Assembly: GCA_965237525.1 (NCBI GenBank)
Contig: CBDEFO010000008.1
Span: forward strand, 288,001-352,000
Length of the DNA stretch: 64,000 bases
Direction of reading: 5' to 3'
Source: Candidatus Latescibacterota bacterium
GTDB taxonomy: Bacteria; Latescibacterota; CBDEFO01
Position 1 is the first letter of the stretch. Each line of letters opens with the position of its first letter. The position numbers and the translations under genes were made by a program. This document shows, in pieces, positions 52,435 through 62,899 of the stretch. The notes under the pieces are model-generated. The model saw only the letters and a list, made by a program, of their open reading frames with translations. It was not told the DNA's origin and ran no database searches.

Positions 52435-52895
52435 TTGCGCTCATGCTATAATAGATAGGAAATTTCAGCACGTCTGGCAAGGTGGCGCCTGACTACCCGC
52501 CCGTGGGCACTTTGCGATATAATCCCCTAAATTTTCGGTTCTGGAGTCCGTTTAAGGGCGGCTTTAATAATTTAGCCTCTGTGGTCGGCTATATCGGGCC
52601 GAAAGAGCCGAGGGCTGAGAGAGATTTTCAACTCCTGGCTCCAGTTGTCGAGGTGGGCGAATGGGATCTGCTTTCCTTTTCATTCTCAGTGCCGCCCAAC
52701 AGGCCAGAAAGCGTCTGGGTCGCCGTGGGATTTACGGTCACGTGGGAGTCCGAGCAGACTTATTACATAGATGATGTAGTTGTGGAAGTCAGCGGTTCTC
52801 AACCGACGGCTGTGGAGGCGATCTCCTGGGGACAGATTAAGAGTAAGAGCCGACGGTAGACGGTTACAATTGAAGATCGGTTAAGGAGAAATAAT

Positions 52896-53306
52896 ATGAT
52901 CGCCGGCATCAACCATATAACACTGTCCGTCAGGAATGTAGAGGAGTCCTTTGTCTTCTACACTCAAGTTTTGGGGTTTCACCCCGCGGCTAAATGGCCC
53001 AAAGGTGCTTATCTATTGGCCGATGACGTCTGGATTGCTCTCGTCCTGGATCGACATGTCCGAGAGAGCGTGCTTCCCGAATATACACACATCGCTTTTA
53101 CCGTCTGCCCTCAGAGCTTCGAAGCTCTGAGTGAGCGCATAACGCTTTCTGAGGCAGAGATTTGGCAGGATAATTGGACTGAAGGGGCATCTCTTTACTT
53201 TTTGGATCCTAATGGGCATAAGCTGGAGATTCATGCGTCTGACCTCGATACCCGAATAAGAACAGCAAAAGAGAGTCCGTGGGAAGGGTTGAAGTTCTAT
53301 GTTTAA
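52896..53306 (+). CDS. VOC-family protein, FosA/FosB-like thiol transferase
   Basis: GINHITLSV, GAYL, YTHIAF, EGASLYFLDPNGHKLEIH; fosfomycin activity unproven. Confidence 0.8.
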   Translation: MIAGINHITLSVRNVEESFVFYTQVLGFHPAAKWPKGAYLLADDVWIALVLDRHVRESVLPEYTHIAFTVCPQSFEALSERITLSEAEIWQDNWTEGASLYFLDPNGHKLEIHASDLDTRIRTAKESPWEGLKFYV

Positions 53307-53343
53307 CCGGCAATGTGCAATCGTAAGATTGGAGGTCGCTAAG

Positions 53344-54576
53344 ATGAAAAGAATGCTACTATCTTTTGTGCTCATTTTCCTCATTTCTACACCGGCCCTC
53401 GCACAGGCCCCGCGCATAGACGTGGTATTCCTTTTAGATGCTACAGGGAGCATGGCGGACGAGATAGCCGTGGTCAAGGGTAAGATCAGGGATATAATCA
53501 CCGAAATCTCTCTTGGTGATCCCGCTCCCGACGTCAGGTTCGGAATTGTAGCCTACAGGGACAGAGGAGACGAATACGTGACCAGGTCATTCCCGCTCAC
53601 AAGAGACCTCGATTCTATCGTGGAGAATTTAGAATCCATAGAGGCCGCCGGAGGTGGCGACTACGAGGAGAGCCTCAACGAGGCCCTGCACGTGGCCATA
53701 AACCAGATAAATTGGGACCTTGATCCCCAGACGGTCAAGATCATCTTCCTGATCGCAGACGCTCCGCCGCACACAGATTATCCCGACGACTACGATTACT
53801 GGGACGAGGTACCTATAGCTCTGGAGAAGTTCATTATTGTCTATGCCATAGGAGCCAGCGGGTTGAGTGAGGAGGGAGAGAGGATATTCACGGAGATAGC
53901 TGAGGGCACGGAGGGGACTTTTCAGTGGCTCACATATCAGAGGGAATTTGTCGATTCTGAAGGAGATACGGTGCTCGTCGTCACAAAAGGACGGGAAACT
54001 TCCTACACCAAGGGTGACAGCACGTGGGTACCGTCGGAAGGAGAGGTCATATTCGCTGGAGAAGGACCAAGTGAAGGAGACGTTGTAACCGTAGGTGGAG
54101 AGCCAGAGAGGGGAGGAGACGGCACCGCAGGTTCCGCTGGTACCTCAGCGGGAGCTGCGGAGAACAATCTGGATGCGCTGGTGACGGAGACCATCAAAAG
54201 GGCGGCTGAGGAAAGAGGGGTAGAATACGAAGATCCCACGGCTGTCGAGGAAGAAACGGACACAGGCACATCGATACCAGAGCTATTTACGCTCGGAGAA
54301 AACTTCCCCAATCCATTCAACCCAGCGACCGTGATTCCGTTCTCCATAGCCTCAAGTTACGGATTCTCTGTCAGATACGAGCTATCGGTCTACGATATAC
54401 TCGGGAAAAGGGTCAGAACTCTCTTTGAAGGGGGACTTTCCCCCGGAGAATACACTGTCGGATGGGACGGCACAGACGAAGGAGGTAGGCAAGTCTCAAG
54501 CGGCATCTATCTGTACCGTCTCAGGGGATTGGACGGCTCGTTCTTGCAGGCTAAAAAGATGATACTGGCAAGATGA
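53344..54576 (+). CDS. Secreted vWA-domain protein with C-terminal FlgD-Ig/sorting domain
   Basis: MIDAS DATGSM, VAYRD, GGGDYEE, DAPPH; ENFPNPFNP...WDGTD..SSGIYLYRL. Confidence 0.88.
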   Translation: MKRMLLSFVLIFLISTPALAQAPRIDVVFLLDATGSMADEIAVVKGKIRDIITEISLGDPAPDVRFGIVAYRDRGDEYVTRSFPLTRDLDSIVENLESIEAAGGGDYEESLNEALHVAINQINWDLDPQTVKIIFLIADAPPHTDYPDDYDYWDEVPIALEKFIIVYAIGASGLSEEGERIFTEIAEGTEGTFQWLTYQREFVDSEGDTVLVVTKGRETSYTKGDSTWVPSEGEVIFAGEGPSEGDVVTVGGEPERGGDGTAGSAGTSAGAAENNLDALVTETIKRAAEERGVEYEDPTAVEEETDTGTSIPELFTLGENFPNPFNPATVIPFSIASSYGFSVRYELSVYDILGKRVRTLFEGGLSPGEYTVGWDGTDEGGRQVSSGIYLYRLRGLDGSFLQAKKMILAR

Positions 54577-54592
54577 ACGGAGGTGACTTGTA

Positions 54593-56971
54593 ATGAGATT
54601 CATTATGATTATGATTTCCATTCTCGCATTCGCAACATCTGTCTTTGCCGACGGCATAATACTACCTGAGCCTTGGGTTGACATCTCGATCAAATATCAC
54701 AGGGTCGAAGTCCAGATAAGGGATCAGGCCACGACCACGTTCATAGATCAGGTCTTCATAAACAACGCCAACTTCGACGTCGAAGGGATCTACATGTTTC
54801 CCATCCCCGAAGGGGCGTCAATATCGGCATTCTCCATGTTCGTGGATGGAGAGCCTTTGAACGCCGAGATCCTTCCTGCCGACGAGGCGAGAAGGATATA
54901 CGAGGATATAGTCAGACAGAGAATCGATCCGGCGCTCCTGGAATATGCAGGGCAGGGCGCATACAGGGCCAGGATCTTTCCGATCCCCGCGAACGGAGAG
55001 AAGAGGGTTCAGCTCTCCTACGACGAGATCATAGAGAGAGAGAATGACGTTTTAAAGTACACATATCCTCTTAACACGGAAAAGTTCTCGTCCAAGCCCT
55101 TAGAGGACGTGTCCGTGAGCGTGACGATAAACTCCACAGATCCTATTAAGACCATCTACTCGCCGTCTCATGACATTGCGATCATAAAGTCGGACGGCCA
55201 CAATGCGCTGGCCATCTACGCCGATGAGGACACGACACCCACACAGGACTTCGTCCTCTACTATACCATATCAGAGGACAATGTGGGGATCAATCTCTTG
55301 ACATTCAGGGAAGAGGGTCTGGACGGATTCTATCTGTTGTTGGCGTCGCCCAAGGTGGAGATAGCAGAAGATGAGATAGTAAATAAGAGGATGATATTCA
55401 TACTCGACACGTCGGGGAGCATGAGCAGAGATAACAAGATGGAACAGGCAAAAGAGGCGTTAAAGTTCGTTCTGGACAACCTTAACGCTACGGATGAGTT
55501 CAACATCGTGGCTTACAACACGATAGTGTCGGAGTTCTCTGATGTCTCCCTGCAGGCCACGCCGGAGAACGTTGGGGAAGCCAAGGTCTATGTGGAGGGA
55601 CTAACATCCAACGGCGGGACGAACATCAACGGTGCGCTGATAAGAGGACTGAGCTTTGTGGGGGAGGACGACCTGACAAATATGATGATCTTTTTAACGG
55701 ACGGAAAACCCACGATTGGGGTCACAGAGGACGAACAGATCATAAGTAACGTCCAGAACGCCAACACACAAAACGTCAGGCTATTCATCTTCGGCGTGGG
55801 ATACGACGTCAATACCATCCTTCTGGACGCCCTCTCAAGCCAGAACAGCGGTATATCGTCCTATGTGACACCCGAGGAGGACATCGAAGTCGAGGTTTCA
55901 TCGTTCTACAGCAAGGTCAGCAACCCCGTCCTTTCCAATCTGGTTCTGGATTTTTCGAGCATCAGCGTCCTCGACTTCTACCCGCAGGAGCTCCCTGATC
56001 TGTTTAAAGGCTCACAGATAATACAGTTGGGACGCTTCAGGGGAGATGGAACTAACGCAGTGGGGCTGTCGGGAGACGTAAACGGAGCTCCGCTGGTCTT
56101 CCAAATGGAAGTGGACTTCCCGGTTTTTAGCCTGGAGAACGACTTCATACCGAGGCTCTGGGCCACACGGAAGATCGGGTTTTTGATGAACCAGATAAGG
56201 CTGCACGGACAGGATCAGGAACTTGTGGACGAGATAATCGCCCTATCTAAGGAATACGGCATAATCACCCCCTACACGTCCTTCCTGATAGTCGAGGACG
56301 AAGTCCCGCCCACCTTTGCGGACAACTTTACAAAGGAGAGCGGAGTTGAAGCCGTAAGGGCTTCTGACGCTGCTGCTGACTATAGTAGCGCCTCCAACGC
56401 CGGGGGAGTCCAGAAAGAAGGCGTGAAATACGTGGGGAATAAGACGTTTTTCTTGAGAGACGGATTCTGGCAAGACAGCCGCTATACAAAGGGAGATCCT
56501 GCACTCGATTTCCGCTACGGAAGCGAAAGATATTTTAAGCTAATAGCTCAAAAACCGGAGAGCGGGCGCTATCTTGCAATAGGAACAAACGTCATAGTCA
56601 ACTTTGAGGGACAGACCTACAGGATAGGCGAAAGTATAACGGCAGTGAAGGAAGAAGGTAACGATGAATCGTCCCTTCCCGATCAGTTCCAACTGGATCA
56701 GAACTTCCCGAACCCGTTCAACCCTACGACAACTATCCGATTTACAGTGCTGCCAGAAGATTCACCAGACGTGAAACTATCCGTGTATAATTTGTCGGGA
56801 CAGAGGATAAGGACACTTATCTCCAGCAAGATGGAAATCGGAGAGTATGCAGTTACGTGGGACGGGAAAGATGAGGTTGGAAAAGAGGTCGCAAGCGGAG
56901 TCTATCTCTACAGATTAGATGTAGATAAGGACAGGTTCATCCAGACAAGGAAGATGGTCTTGATGAGATAG
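54593..56971 (+). CDS. Secreted VIT + vWA (inter-alpha-trypsin-inhibitor-like) protein with FlgD-Ig/sorting domain
   Basis: VIT (EGIYMFPIP, DPALLEY), DTSGSM, GGTNI, FLTDG, RLWATRKI, ITPYTSFL; QNFPNPFNP. Confidence 0.9.
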   Translation: MRFIMIMISILAFATSVFADGIILPEPWVDISIKYHRVEVQIRDQATTTFIDQVFINNANFDVEGIYMFPIPEGASISAFSMFVDGEPLNAEILPADEARRIYEDIVRQRIDPALLEYAGQGAYRARIFPIPANGEKRVQLSYDEIIERENDVLKYTYPLNTEKFSSKPLEDVSVSVTINSTDPIKTIYSPSHDIAIIKSDGHNALAIYADEDTTPTQDFVLYYTISEDNVGINLLTFREEGLDGFYLLLASPKVEIAEDEIVNKRMIFILDTSGSMSRDNKMEQAKEALKFVLDNLNATDEFNIVAYNTIVSEFSDVSLQATPENVGEAKVYVEGLTSNGGTNINGALIRGLSFVGEDDLTNMMIFLTDGKPTIGVTEDEQIISNVQNANTQNVRLFIFGVGYDVNTILLDALSSQNSGISSYVTPEEDIEVEVSSFYSKVSNPVLSNLVLDFSSISVLDFYPQELPDLFKGSQIIQLGRFRGDGTNAVGLSGDVNGAPLVFQMEVDFPVFSLENDFIPRLWATRKIGFLMNQIRLHGQDQELVDEIIALSKEYGIITPYTSFLIVEDEVPPTFADNFTKESGVEAVRASDAAADYSSASNAGGVQKEGVKYVGNKTFFLRDGFWQDSRYTKGDPALDFRYGSERYFKLIAQKPESGRYLAIGTNVIVNFEGQTYRIGESITAVKEEGNDESSLPDQFQLDQNFPNPFNPTTTIRFTVLPEDSPDVKLSVYNLSGQRIRTLISSKMEIGEYAVTWDGKDEVGKEVASGVYLYRLDVDKDRFIQTRKMVLMR

Positions 56972-56997
56972 ACCCCTTTTGAGTGGAGAGTATTACA

Positions 56998-57040
56998 AGA
57001 GCCGAAGATCAGTTGTTGAGGGCTTCGGCTCTCTTAGTTT
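56998..57040. terminator. Hairpin between convergent operons
   Basis: AGAGCCGAAG...CTTCGGCTCT followed by CTTAGTTT. Confidence 0.6.
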
Positions 57041-57115
57041 GCTATATATCTCTCGACGATCGAGTATCCCTTGAAGAGATGCGATTAAGGTTCGTTTGAT
57101 ATATCTTCTACTCTG

Positions 57116-58648
57116 TCAGCCCACTCTGTCAAACCCACATAATTTGAGTGTGGATACCTTCTTGGTCTTCAGATCGGCGGCACGGATCACGTGGTTATTG
57201 GTGTCTGCGATATAGAGTTTGTCATAGGCCACACTTACCCCGGACGGTTCATCGAAGGTGGCTGAATCGCCATCGCGCAGGCCCTCTTCGCCTGTCCCCA
57301 GGAAGGTCACTGCGCTTTTTGTGCGCGGAAACACCTGTTTGATCTTGTTGTTGTAGGTGTCCGCCACAAAGAGAACGCCAGCGTGATAGACAACGCCCAG
57401 GGGATGCTGCAGACGAACGTGCTCCCCGCTCCCATCTTGGTCGCCGAATTCGAACAGGTCGAGGCCCACGATGGTCTCAACGCGGCCATTTGGATCCAGA
57501 TCGGCGGCGCGAATTGAGCTGACTTCGCTATCGGCAAAGTAGAGTTTCTCACCGTCGGTGGTGATGCCTGAAGGCTGTGCCAGGGCAGAGGCGCGCAGGG
57601 GTCCATCGGTCCTGGCTTCCTGTCCGCTGCCGGCGTAGGGACCGATTTCGGCACTCTCTAAATCCATCTTCCAGATCTGGTGCGGTCCAGCCATGGCGAT
57701 ATACAGATAACCGTCGTGCACTACGAGGTCCCAAGGCGAGTTCAGCGCCACGTCTACCCCAACGCCCCAACTGTTAAATTGCCGCGCCTGCACTCCCGTC
57801 CCGGCGATGGTGGCGACGGTTCTGCTTTCCAGATCCAGACTTCGGATAGCGTGATTTTCCGTGTCCGCTACATAGAGGATATTACCGTCCGGCGCGAGCG
57901 CCATGCCCTGCGGGTGGTTAAAGGCCGCCTCTTGAAAGCTCCCATTATCCAGTCCGATCGCACCGTTCCCGACAATCTCCTCTATCGCCCCATCCAAAGA
58001 GGCGATGAGGATGCGGTTGTGATTAGAATCGGCTATGAAAAGCCGCTCCGATGCCTCGTCTGCCAGCACTTTGCCGGGGAAGGAAAGGTCGGTCGCTGAC
58101 TCCGTGTCGGTCGCCGACCCCGCGGTCAAATCGGACAGGCGCTGGCGCTCCAAATTAAATCTGATAGGCTCACGGTTCAGGATCCCCTGACCCTCGAACT
58201 CCTGAATCACCTGCCCGATCAGTCGGTCAAACGCCTCGTAGATGCCTTCGCCCGGCAGATATCCTACCACCTTCCCAACAGGATCGATCAGATAGAGAGT
58301 CGGCCAGGAACGCACACTGTACTTTTGCCAGATGACCATATCCCTATCGTTTACCACGGGGTGCTCGATCTCATAGCGGAGGATCGCCTGGCGGATATTG
58401 TCCGTCTCCTTTTCGGTGGTAAATTTGGCCGAATGTACTCCAATGACGACAAGCTCGCGGCTGTATTTCCGTTCAAGCTTCTTCAGATCAGGCAGGACGT
58501 GCATACAGTTGATACAGCAGTACGTCCAGAAATCCAGCAGGGCTACTTTCCCGCGAAGCGCCTTCAAAGTAACCGGGTACTCGGTGTTGAGCCAGTGCAT
58601 CCCTTCTGGGAAATCAGGAGCGTCCACTTTTTCCGCATAGTCTGCCAT
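57116..58648 (-). CDS. Thioredoxin-like + NHL-repeat protein (NHLRC2/SOQ1-like)
   Basis: [20 protein letters not shown], repeated IADSNHNRI / [10 protein letters not shown] / ADTYNNKIK. Confidence 0.92.
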   Translation of the reverse strand: MADYAEKVDAPDFPEGMHWLNTEYPVTLKALRGKVALLDFWTYCCINCMHVLPDLKKLERKYSRELVVIGVHSAKFTTEKETDNIRQAILRYEIEHPVVNDRDMVIWQKYSVRSWPTLYLIDPVGKVVGYLPGEGIYEAFDRLIGQVIQEFEGQGILNREPIRFNLERQRLSDLTAGSATDTESATDLSFPGKVLADEASERLFIADSNHNRILIASLDGAIEEIVGNGAIGLDNGSFQEAAFNHPQGMALAPDGNILYVADTENHAIRSLDLESRTVATIAGTGVQARQFNSWGVGVDVALNSPWDLVVHDGYLYIAMAGPHQIWKMDLESAEIGPYAGSGQEARTDGPLRASALAQPSGITTDGEKLYFADSEVSSIRAADLDPNGRVETIVGLDLFEFGDQDGSGEHVRLQHPLGVVYHAGVLFVADTYNNKIKQVFPRTKSAVTFLGTGEEGLRDGDSATFDEPSGVSVAYDKLYIADTNNHVIRAADLKTKKVSTLKLCGFDRVG

Positions 58649-58662
58649 CCAAGCTGTCTCCC

Positions 58663-59322
58663 CTAAACATTTTGGCCTATCGCATCCCAGTACATCAGCT
58701 CGTACGCTTGCAGCAGTCGCGCGGCGCGGACGATCAGGGCTGGAGCGATTCCGCGGTCGAGTCCGCCCTGAATGACCAGCAGTGCTTCTTCTTCAAAGGG
58801 CGGAAGATTGGCGAACCGGTCGAAGAACTCCACGTCCGCCTCAAGAAAATCGTACTGTTCTGTGAGTGCCTTGCTCATTCGCCCGCAGTTGGCGCCCCAC
58901 GCAGCGAAGTTGAGAAGGAAGGCGGCGGCGAGTTCCGCGTCGGAGCCGTAGAGCGAAAGCCATGCCACAAACGCGCAGTAGGCGTGACCTCCCGGCAGCG
59001 GTTCAAACGCTTTCAGAGCTCCCTCGGTCATTCCCAGCGCTGCTCCGAATTGCAGGAGCTCCTCAAAGGCCGCAGTTTCCCCCTCGAGCACTCCCAGCAA
59101 AAACCTCCGGCTCGGCAGATGCCCGTGCCGGGACACTAACTGTGCTACACTTCTCAGGTCGCTCCCGATGACGTGATACTGCTGTCCGGCGAAGACCTTT
59201 AAACTCTTGCGTTTAACCTGTCCCTTGTCCAGGGCGTCGAGATAAGGATGATGTAGGATTCTCCCTTCAAGAGGTTTCAAATCAGAGCGAATCTGTTCAA
59301 CAAGTTGACGGACGTCGCCCAC
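58663..59322 (-). CDS. TenA/PqqC-like heme-oxygenase-fold protein
   Basis: ILHHPYL, FAGQQY, YELMYWD; GTG start after GAGGTG. Confidence 0.75.
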   Translation of the reverse strand: MGDVRQLVEQIRSDLKPLEGRILHHPYLDALDKGQVKRKSLKVFAGQQYHVIGSDLRSVAQLVSRHGHLPSRRFLLGVLEGETAAFEELLQFGAALGMTEGALKAFEPLPGGHAYCAFVAWLSLYGSDAELAAAFLLNFAAWGANCGRMSKALTEQYDFLEADVEFFDRFANLPPFEEEALLVIQGGLDRGIAPALIVRAARLLQAYELMYWDAIGQNV

Positions 59323-59327
59323 AGAAG

Positions 59328-60521
59328 TCACCTCTCTCCGAATAGCACCAGCGCCGCTGTGTAGTTGTGGGCATAGTTGCGACCGCCCACCGGGGCAATC
59401 TCTCCGTTGCCGAAAAAGCCGGTCAGGGGCAACTCCCCGAAGAACTCCTTGATAACCCCCAGGTCGTGGTTGGGTTGTCCGTAAAGCCCCGCACCCCGTC
59501 CCAGACAGTTGAAGCAAAGACCGAAGTGCAACTTTACCCCCTGCGTCTGCCCGAACAGGCCAGAGACCATCTGGTGCATGTCGCTACGGGCAGCGCGGGC
59601 GTCCCGGATTTGGAACTGGGCAGTTTGACCTTCCTGCACCAGTTGTGCCACTGCTGTGCCTTGCGATTTCGGGTCCATTCCAATAATGTTGCGCACCAGG
59701 AAGTCACCCCACCTCAGAGACGCGTTCTCTTCCATAGCGATTCCCACAAACAGATTATGCGTCGCCCGCTCCCTCTCATCATCGGGGAGCTCCTGAAAGA
59801 CCTCTTCCAGCATCTCCAGGGTGGGGCGGCCGTCTATTTCCAGGATGAGGTTCCCTTCACAGTGGGTGATGAACCCCGGTTCCCCGATAGGTTCACAGCC
59901 CTGCGCCACACCGACGTGCGTGGTGAACTGGCCGCCCCAGAGGACTCCGGAGATCCCATGAACCTCGATGTCAGTATTGCACCACTGGAAGGTCTCCCGT
60001 TGGACCCCCCCGCCCGATGCCGCTCCACCCACAATAGGCAGCGTGCCGCCATCGCGCTCAATGTGCTGCACTAACTCATTGGCCCCAACGCTGAGGACAT
60101 CCGGGAGTATCATCATCAGCGGATGCGCCTTTTGAGAAGGATCGGCAAGGTTGCGGATATCGGCGGCGGGCAGAGCGGCGTCCCTGGTATCTGGGTTCAC
60201 AGATACTAAGAACGGTTCGACAGACATGGCGTCCGACCTCACTGCGAGCACGGCGATCCCCGGCTGACGTTCGAACTCCCCCTGGGTCGTCAGCACTCCC
60301 ATCCCGCTGCACCCGACCAAATTGCGGGCGCCCGTTACCGTGCTGACAGTCGAAAGCATCTCTCCGTAGGCGTTTCGGTAGTCCGTAGTGGCAAACACAA
60401 CTGCCAAGTCAGCTCTATTCACACCTGCCTGATCCAGGGCGCTCTCTGCGGCGGTGCGGGCGGCAGCCTCCGCTGCCTCCGATCCCGAATATCCGACCCC
60501 TGCGTGTGTCATGACAATCAC
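59328..60521 (-). CDS. FIST N/C-domain protein
   Basis: LVGCS, IVGGAAS, VAQGCEPIG, FLVRNIIG, CLGRG, GFFGNGEI, HNYTA. Confidence 0.9.
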   Translation of the reverse strand: MIVMTHAGVGYSGSEAAEAAARTAAESALDQAGVNRADLAVVFATTDYRNAYGEMLSTVSTVTGARNLVGCSGMGVLTTQGEFERQPGIAVLAVRSDAMSVEPFLVSVNPDTRDAALPAADIRNLADPSQKAHPLMMILPDVLSVGANELVQHIERDGGTLPIVGGAASGGGVQRETFQWCNTDIEVHGISGVLWGGQFTTHVGVAQGCEPIGEPGFITHCEGNLILEIDGRPTLEMLEEVFQELPDDERERATHNLFVGIAMEENASLRWGDFLVRNIIGMDPKSQGTAVAQLVQEGQTAQFQIRDARAARSDMHQMVSGLFGQTQGVKLHFGLCFNCLGRGAGLYGQPNHDLGVIKEFFGELPLTGFFGNGEIAPVGGRNYAHNYTAALVLFGER

Positions 60522-60654
60522 AGCCTCAAAGTTGTGCAGTTGAACCTTCTACAAAGATGCTAAGTTTGTGTATTGTGCCTTCGTCGTTAAACCTTCATTG
60601 GCACTGTAGGGTAATAGTGATGGGTAAAAGTAGAAAAGCTGCGGCATGTGTTAG

Positions 60655-61368
60655 TCATCCCAGGTTTACGTCGTGCTGGCGTGCGCGATGAAATCCCTCC
60701 AACTGGCTGTTAGCGTTGACAATGGATTCCAACTTCTGAATCAGGGTGTCTACCTGACCTCCGAGCAGGGCAAAGTAGAGTTCGTCATCCTCCAGCCCGG
60801 TATAGACCCGATTGCCGATGCAGCCGAGGCTCGCCACGCTTCGCTCTGTGCGCAGGACCTCAGGGATTGCCGCGCAGGTCGGACGCCCCATCATCGCGCC
60901 CTCGGCGCCGATCCCTGCGGCGTGTGCTGCCTCTGCAAGGAGCATCACCTGCTTGGCATTGCCGCTGACAAGTACAACATCCGGTTCTAAGGGCGCATCA
61001 GCGAGCGGGGCGTAGATGGCGACGCCGAACCCACCTTCCCGTCGCGGAATTGCTGCCACTTCCTCAGGGAGGAGATAGTCAAGATCGGCCATCGTCCGTA
61101 CAAGTCCCTCGAGTTCCTTCTCCTGTGCCGGTGGAAGGTCAATACCGTGCGTGTGTGCGCCGATGGGGCAGTTGAAATGGTCCGACGCTTCCGTGTAGAA
61201 GATCTGACCCTCGGCTGCGTGCTTCCAGTAAGCGCAGCCTGCGGGCGCGGAGGATGAGATCCTGAGGACATTTTCCGGAGGAGTCGCCCGGAATGCCAGC
61301 GCGATCGGAGCCATTCTCAGCCCCAGAAGATCCACGAGCTGCTTTGCTGCCTTTATACTATCCATCAC
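60655..61368 (-). CDS. DUF169-family protein
   Basis: NCPIGA, EPDVVLV, PTCA, SLGCIGNRVYTGLEDDEL. Confidence 0.8.
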   Translation of the reverse strand: MMDSIKAAKQLVDLLGLRMAPIALAFRATPPENVLRISSSAPAGCAYWKHAAEGQIFYTEASDHFNCPIGAHTHGIDLPPAQEKELEGLVRTMADLDYLLPEEVAAIPRREGGFGVAIYAPLADAPLEPDVVLVSGNAKQVMLLAEAAHAAGIGAEGAMMGRPTCAAIPEVLRTERSVASLGCIGNRVYTGLEDDELYFALLGGQVDTLIQKLESIVNANSQLEGFHRARQHDVNLG

Positions 61369-61486
61369 GCAATCCTTTCTCCTTTTAAATTGAAATAGTT
61401 CTCCTTAACTCGTCACAGGTGCTGCAACGCTTGATCGTCGAAACGCTCGATGTGGTGATAAGGACAGGGGGCGTCGGTGCTGTGGA

Positions 61487-62899
61487 TCAGAAAGGAGCGA
61501 CCTGCTCCTCGGTGGGTTCCGCTCAGCAGTACCACGGTTCGGTCAGGTAGGGGATCGGCGCGCGCTGTGGCCACCGGTCTGCGTACGTTATAGGTCCAGG
61601 ACTTCTTGATAGTGACTGCTCAGTCAGATTCCAGATCTGAGAGAATATCTCGTCTCTTCCTTCTCCCTGCGCCGCTGCCGACTCGACCAGCGCCTGAATT
61701 TCCGCCTGCAACTGGTCGACCTGAGGGTCTGCGTGATGCCAGGGATAGATGAGGGCAACCTCATCAAACGGTCCCACCATCTCTCGCACTTCGGAGAGCT
61801 CCAGCAGCTTCGAACCGGCGGGGATCAACAGGCGAATTGCAAGCTGGATGGGCGCTACGTGATCGATCAGATCCAGCTCCGCCAGAAGTGACAGCAGATC
61901 CTGGTAGCCCTCGACCGAGGTCCAGGGTGTAAAAGATACGAAGGTCGGGTTTAAGATCAGTCCCTCCTCCCGAAAGAGGTGGGCGACCCGGACAAAATCG
62001 TCCCGGCTGTGACCCTTATTAAGGAAGGCGAGCACGCGGTTATCAATCGACTCTACAGCGCTTGTGACAAAGAGGCATCCGGTCTCTCGCAGCGTAGATA
62101 GGTGCTCTCTATACTTAAGGAGATGTTCAATTTTGATGGTCACGTCATAAGTCAAATGCGGGTGTTCGTGGTGGAGAGAACGCACCAAGGCCAGGGAATG
62201 ACCTATGCCGTTGAAAAAATCGGGATCTCCAAACGTGATGTGTTCCGCGCCAGCGACGACCTGTTGCCTGACGTCCTCCAGCACAACGTCTCTTTGCACG
62301 ATGCGGAACTTGCCCTCATAGACCGGTACGATAGGGCAATGGCGACACCGATGCTTGCAGCCTCGACTGGCTTCCGTATACCCCACTGTTCTGCTGTGAC
62401 CATTGCCCCGGTTCAAGCGCGCATATTTCGATAATGAAACAAGGCCCCCTCGATCCGGGACTAGAAACTTTTGCTTGGCCAGCGAGATGAGGGGTTCCGG
62501 TTGGGGAACCCCAACAGCTGCGGCTGGTCTTGCGGAAAGACGCTGCACCAGACTTACCAATCCCGATTCGTACTCTCCGCCCAGTATGGTGCCCGCACCA
62601 AGAGAGCGCAGGAAGGATTCGTTCATCGGCGCATAGAGACCATAGAAGCACAGATGCGCTGCTGGATTGAGCGCTTTTACCCGATCAATGACCAGTGTGC
62701 CGATCCGCGTTGCTGTGTGCATCGGCAGATAGAACGCCACCACTTGAGCAGCACAGATCGCCTCCTCGTTTAACTCCTCTACGGCCAGGTCCAGGCAGGT
62801 TACCTGTGCTCCTGCCTGTCGGAGCCAGGCGGCAGGGGAAGCCAGACCAAAGGGCTGCCGACCCAACTCATAAGTGGATATCAGCGCGACACGTATCAT
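61487..62899 (-). CDS. CUAEP-tail radical SAM selenoprotein (Sec at TGA 61523-61525)
   Basis: B12-binding-like N-terminus, ASRGCKHRCRHC; tail reads EPWYC-TGA-AEPTEEQVAPF*. Confidence 0.88.
61492..61510 (-). promoter_or_regulatory. Bacterial SECIS hairpin
   Basis: GAGGAGC-AGGTC-GCTCCTT beginning 13 nt after the in-frame UGA. Confidence 0.7.

Larger units (their letters stand above)
48391..52527 (+). mobile_element. IS1595-family passenger element B (ISNwi1-like ends) carrying an R-M pair, a WYL-like gene and small ORFs
   Basis: 24-bp TIRs GGGAATTATATCGAAAAGTGCCCA / rc GGGGATTATATCGCAAAGTGCCCA (2 mismatches); 8-bp TSD TAAATTTT at 48383-90 and 52528-35. Confidence 0.96.
48082..52859 (+). pseudogene. 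Secreted 210-aa protein with WGQIKS tail, split by element B (48082-48390 + 52536-52859)
   Basis: Removing the element and one TSD restores the frame ...TDVTVNF/RFWSPFKGG...PTAVEAISWGQIKSKSRR. Confidence 0.88.

Noticed and set aside
31514..52527. One composite transposon spanning both IS elements
   Set aside because: Each element has its own matched TIRs and TSD, and the DNA between them is host-like with REP modules
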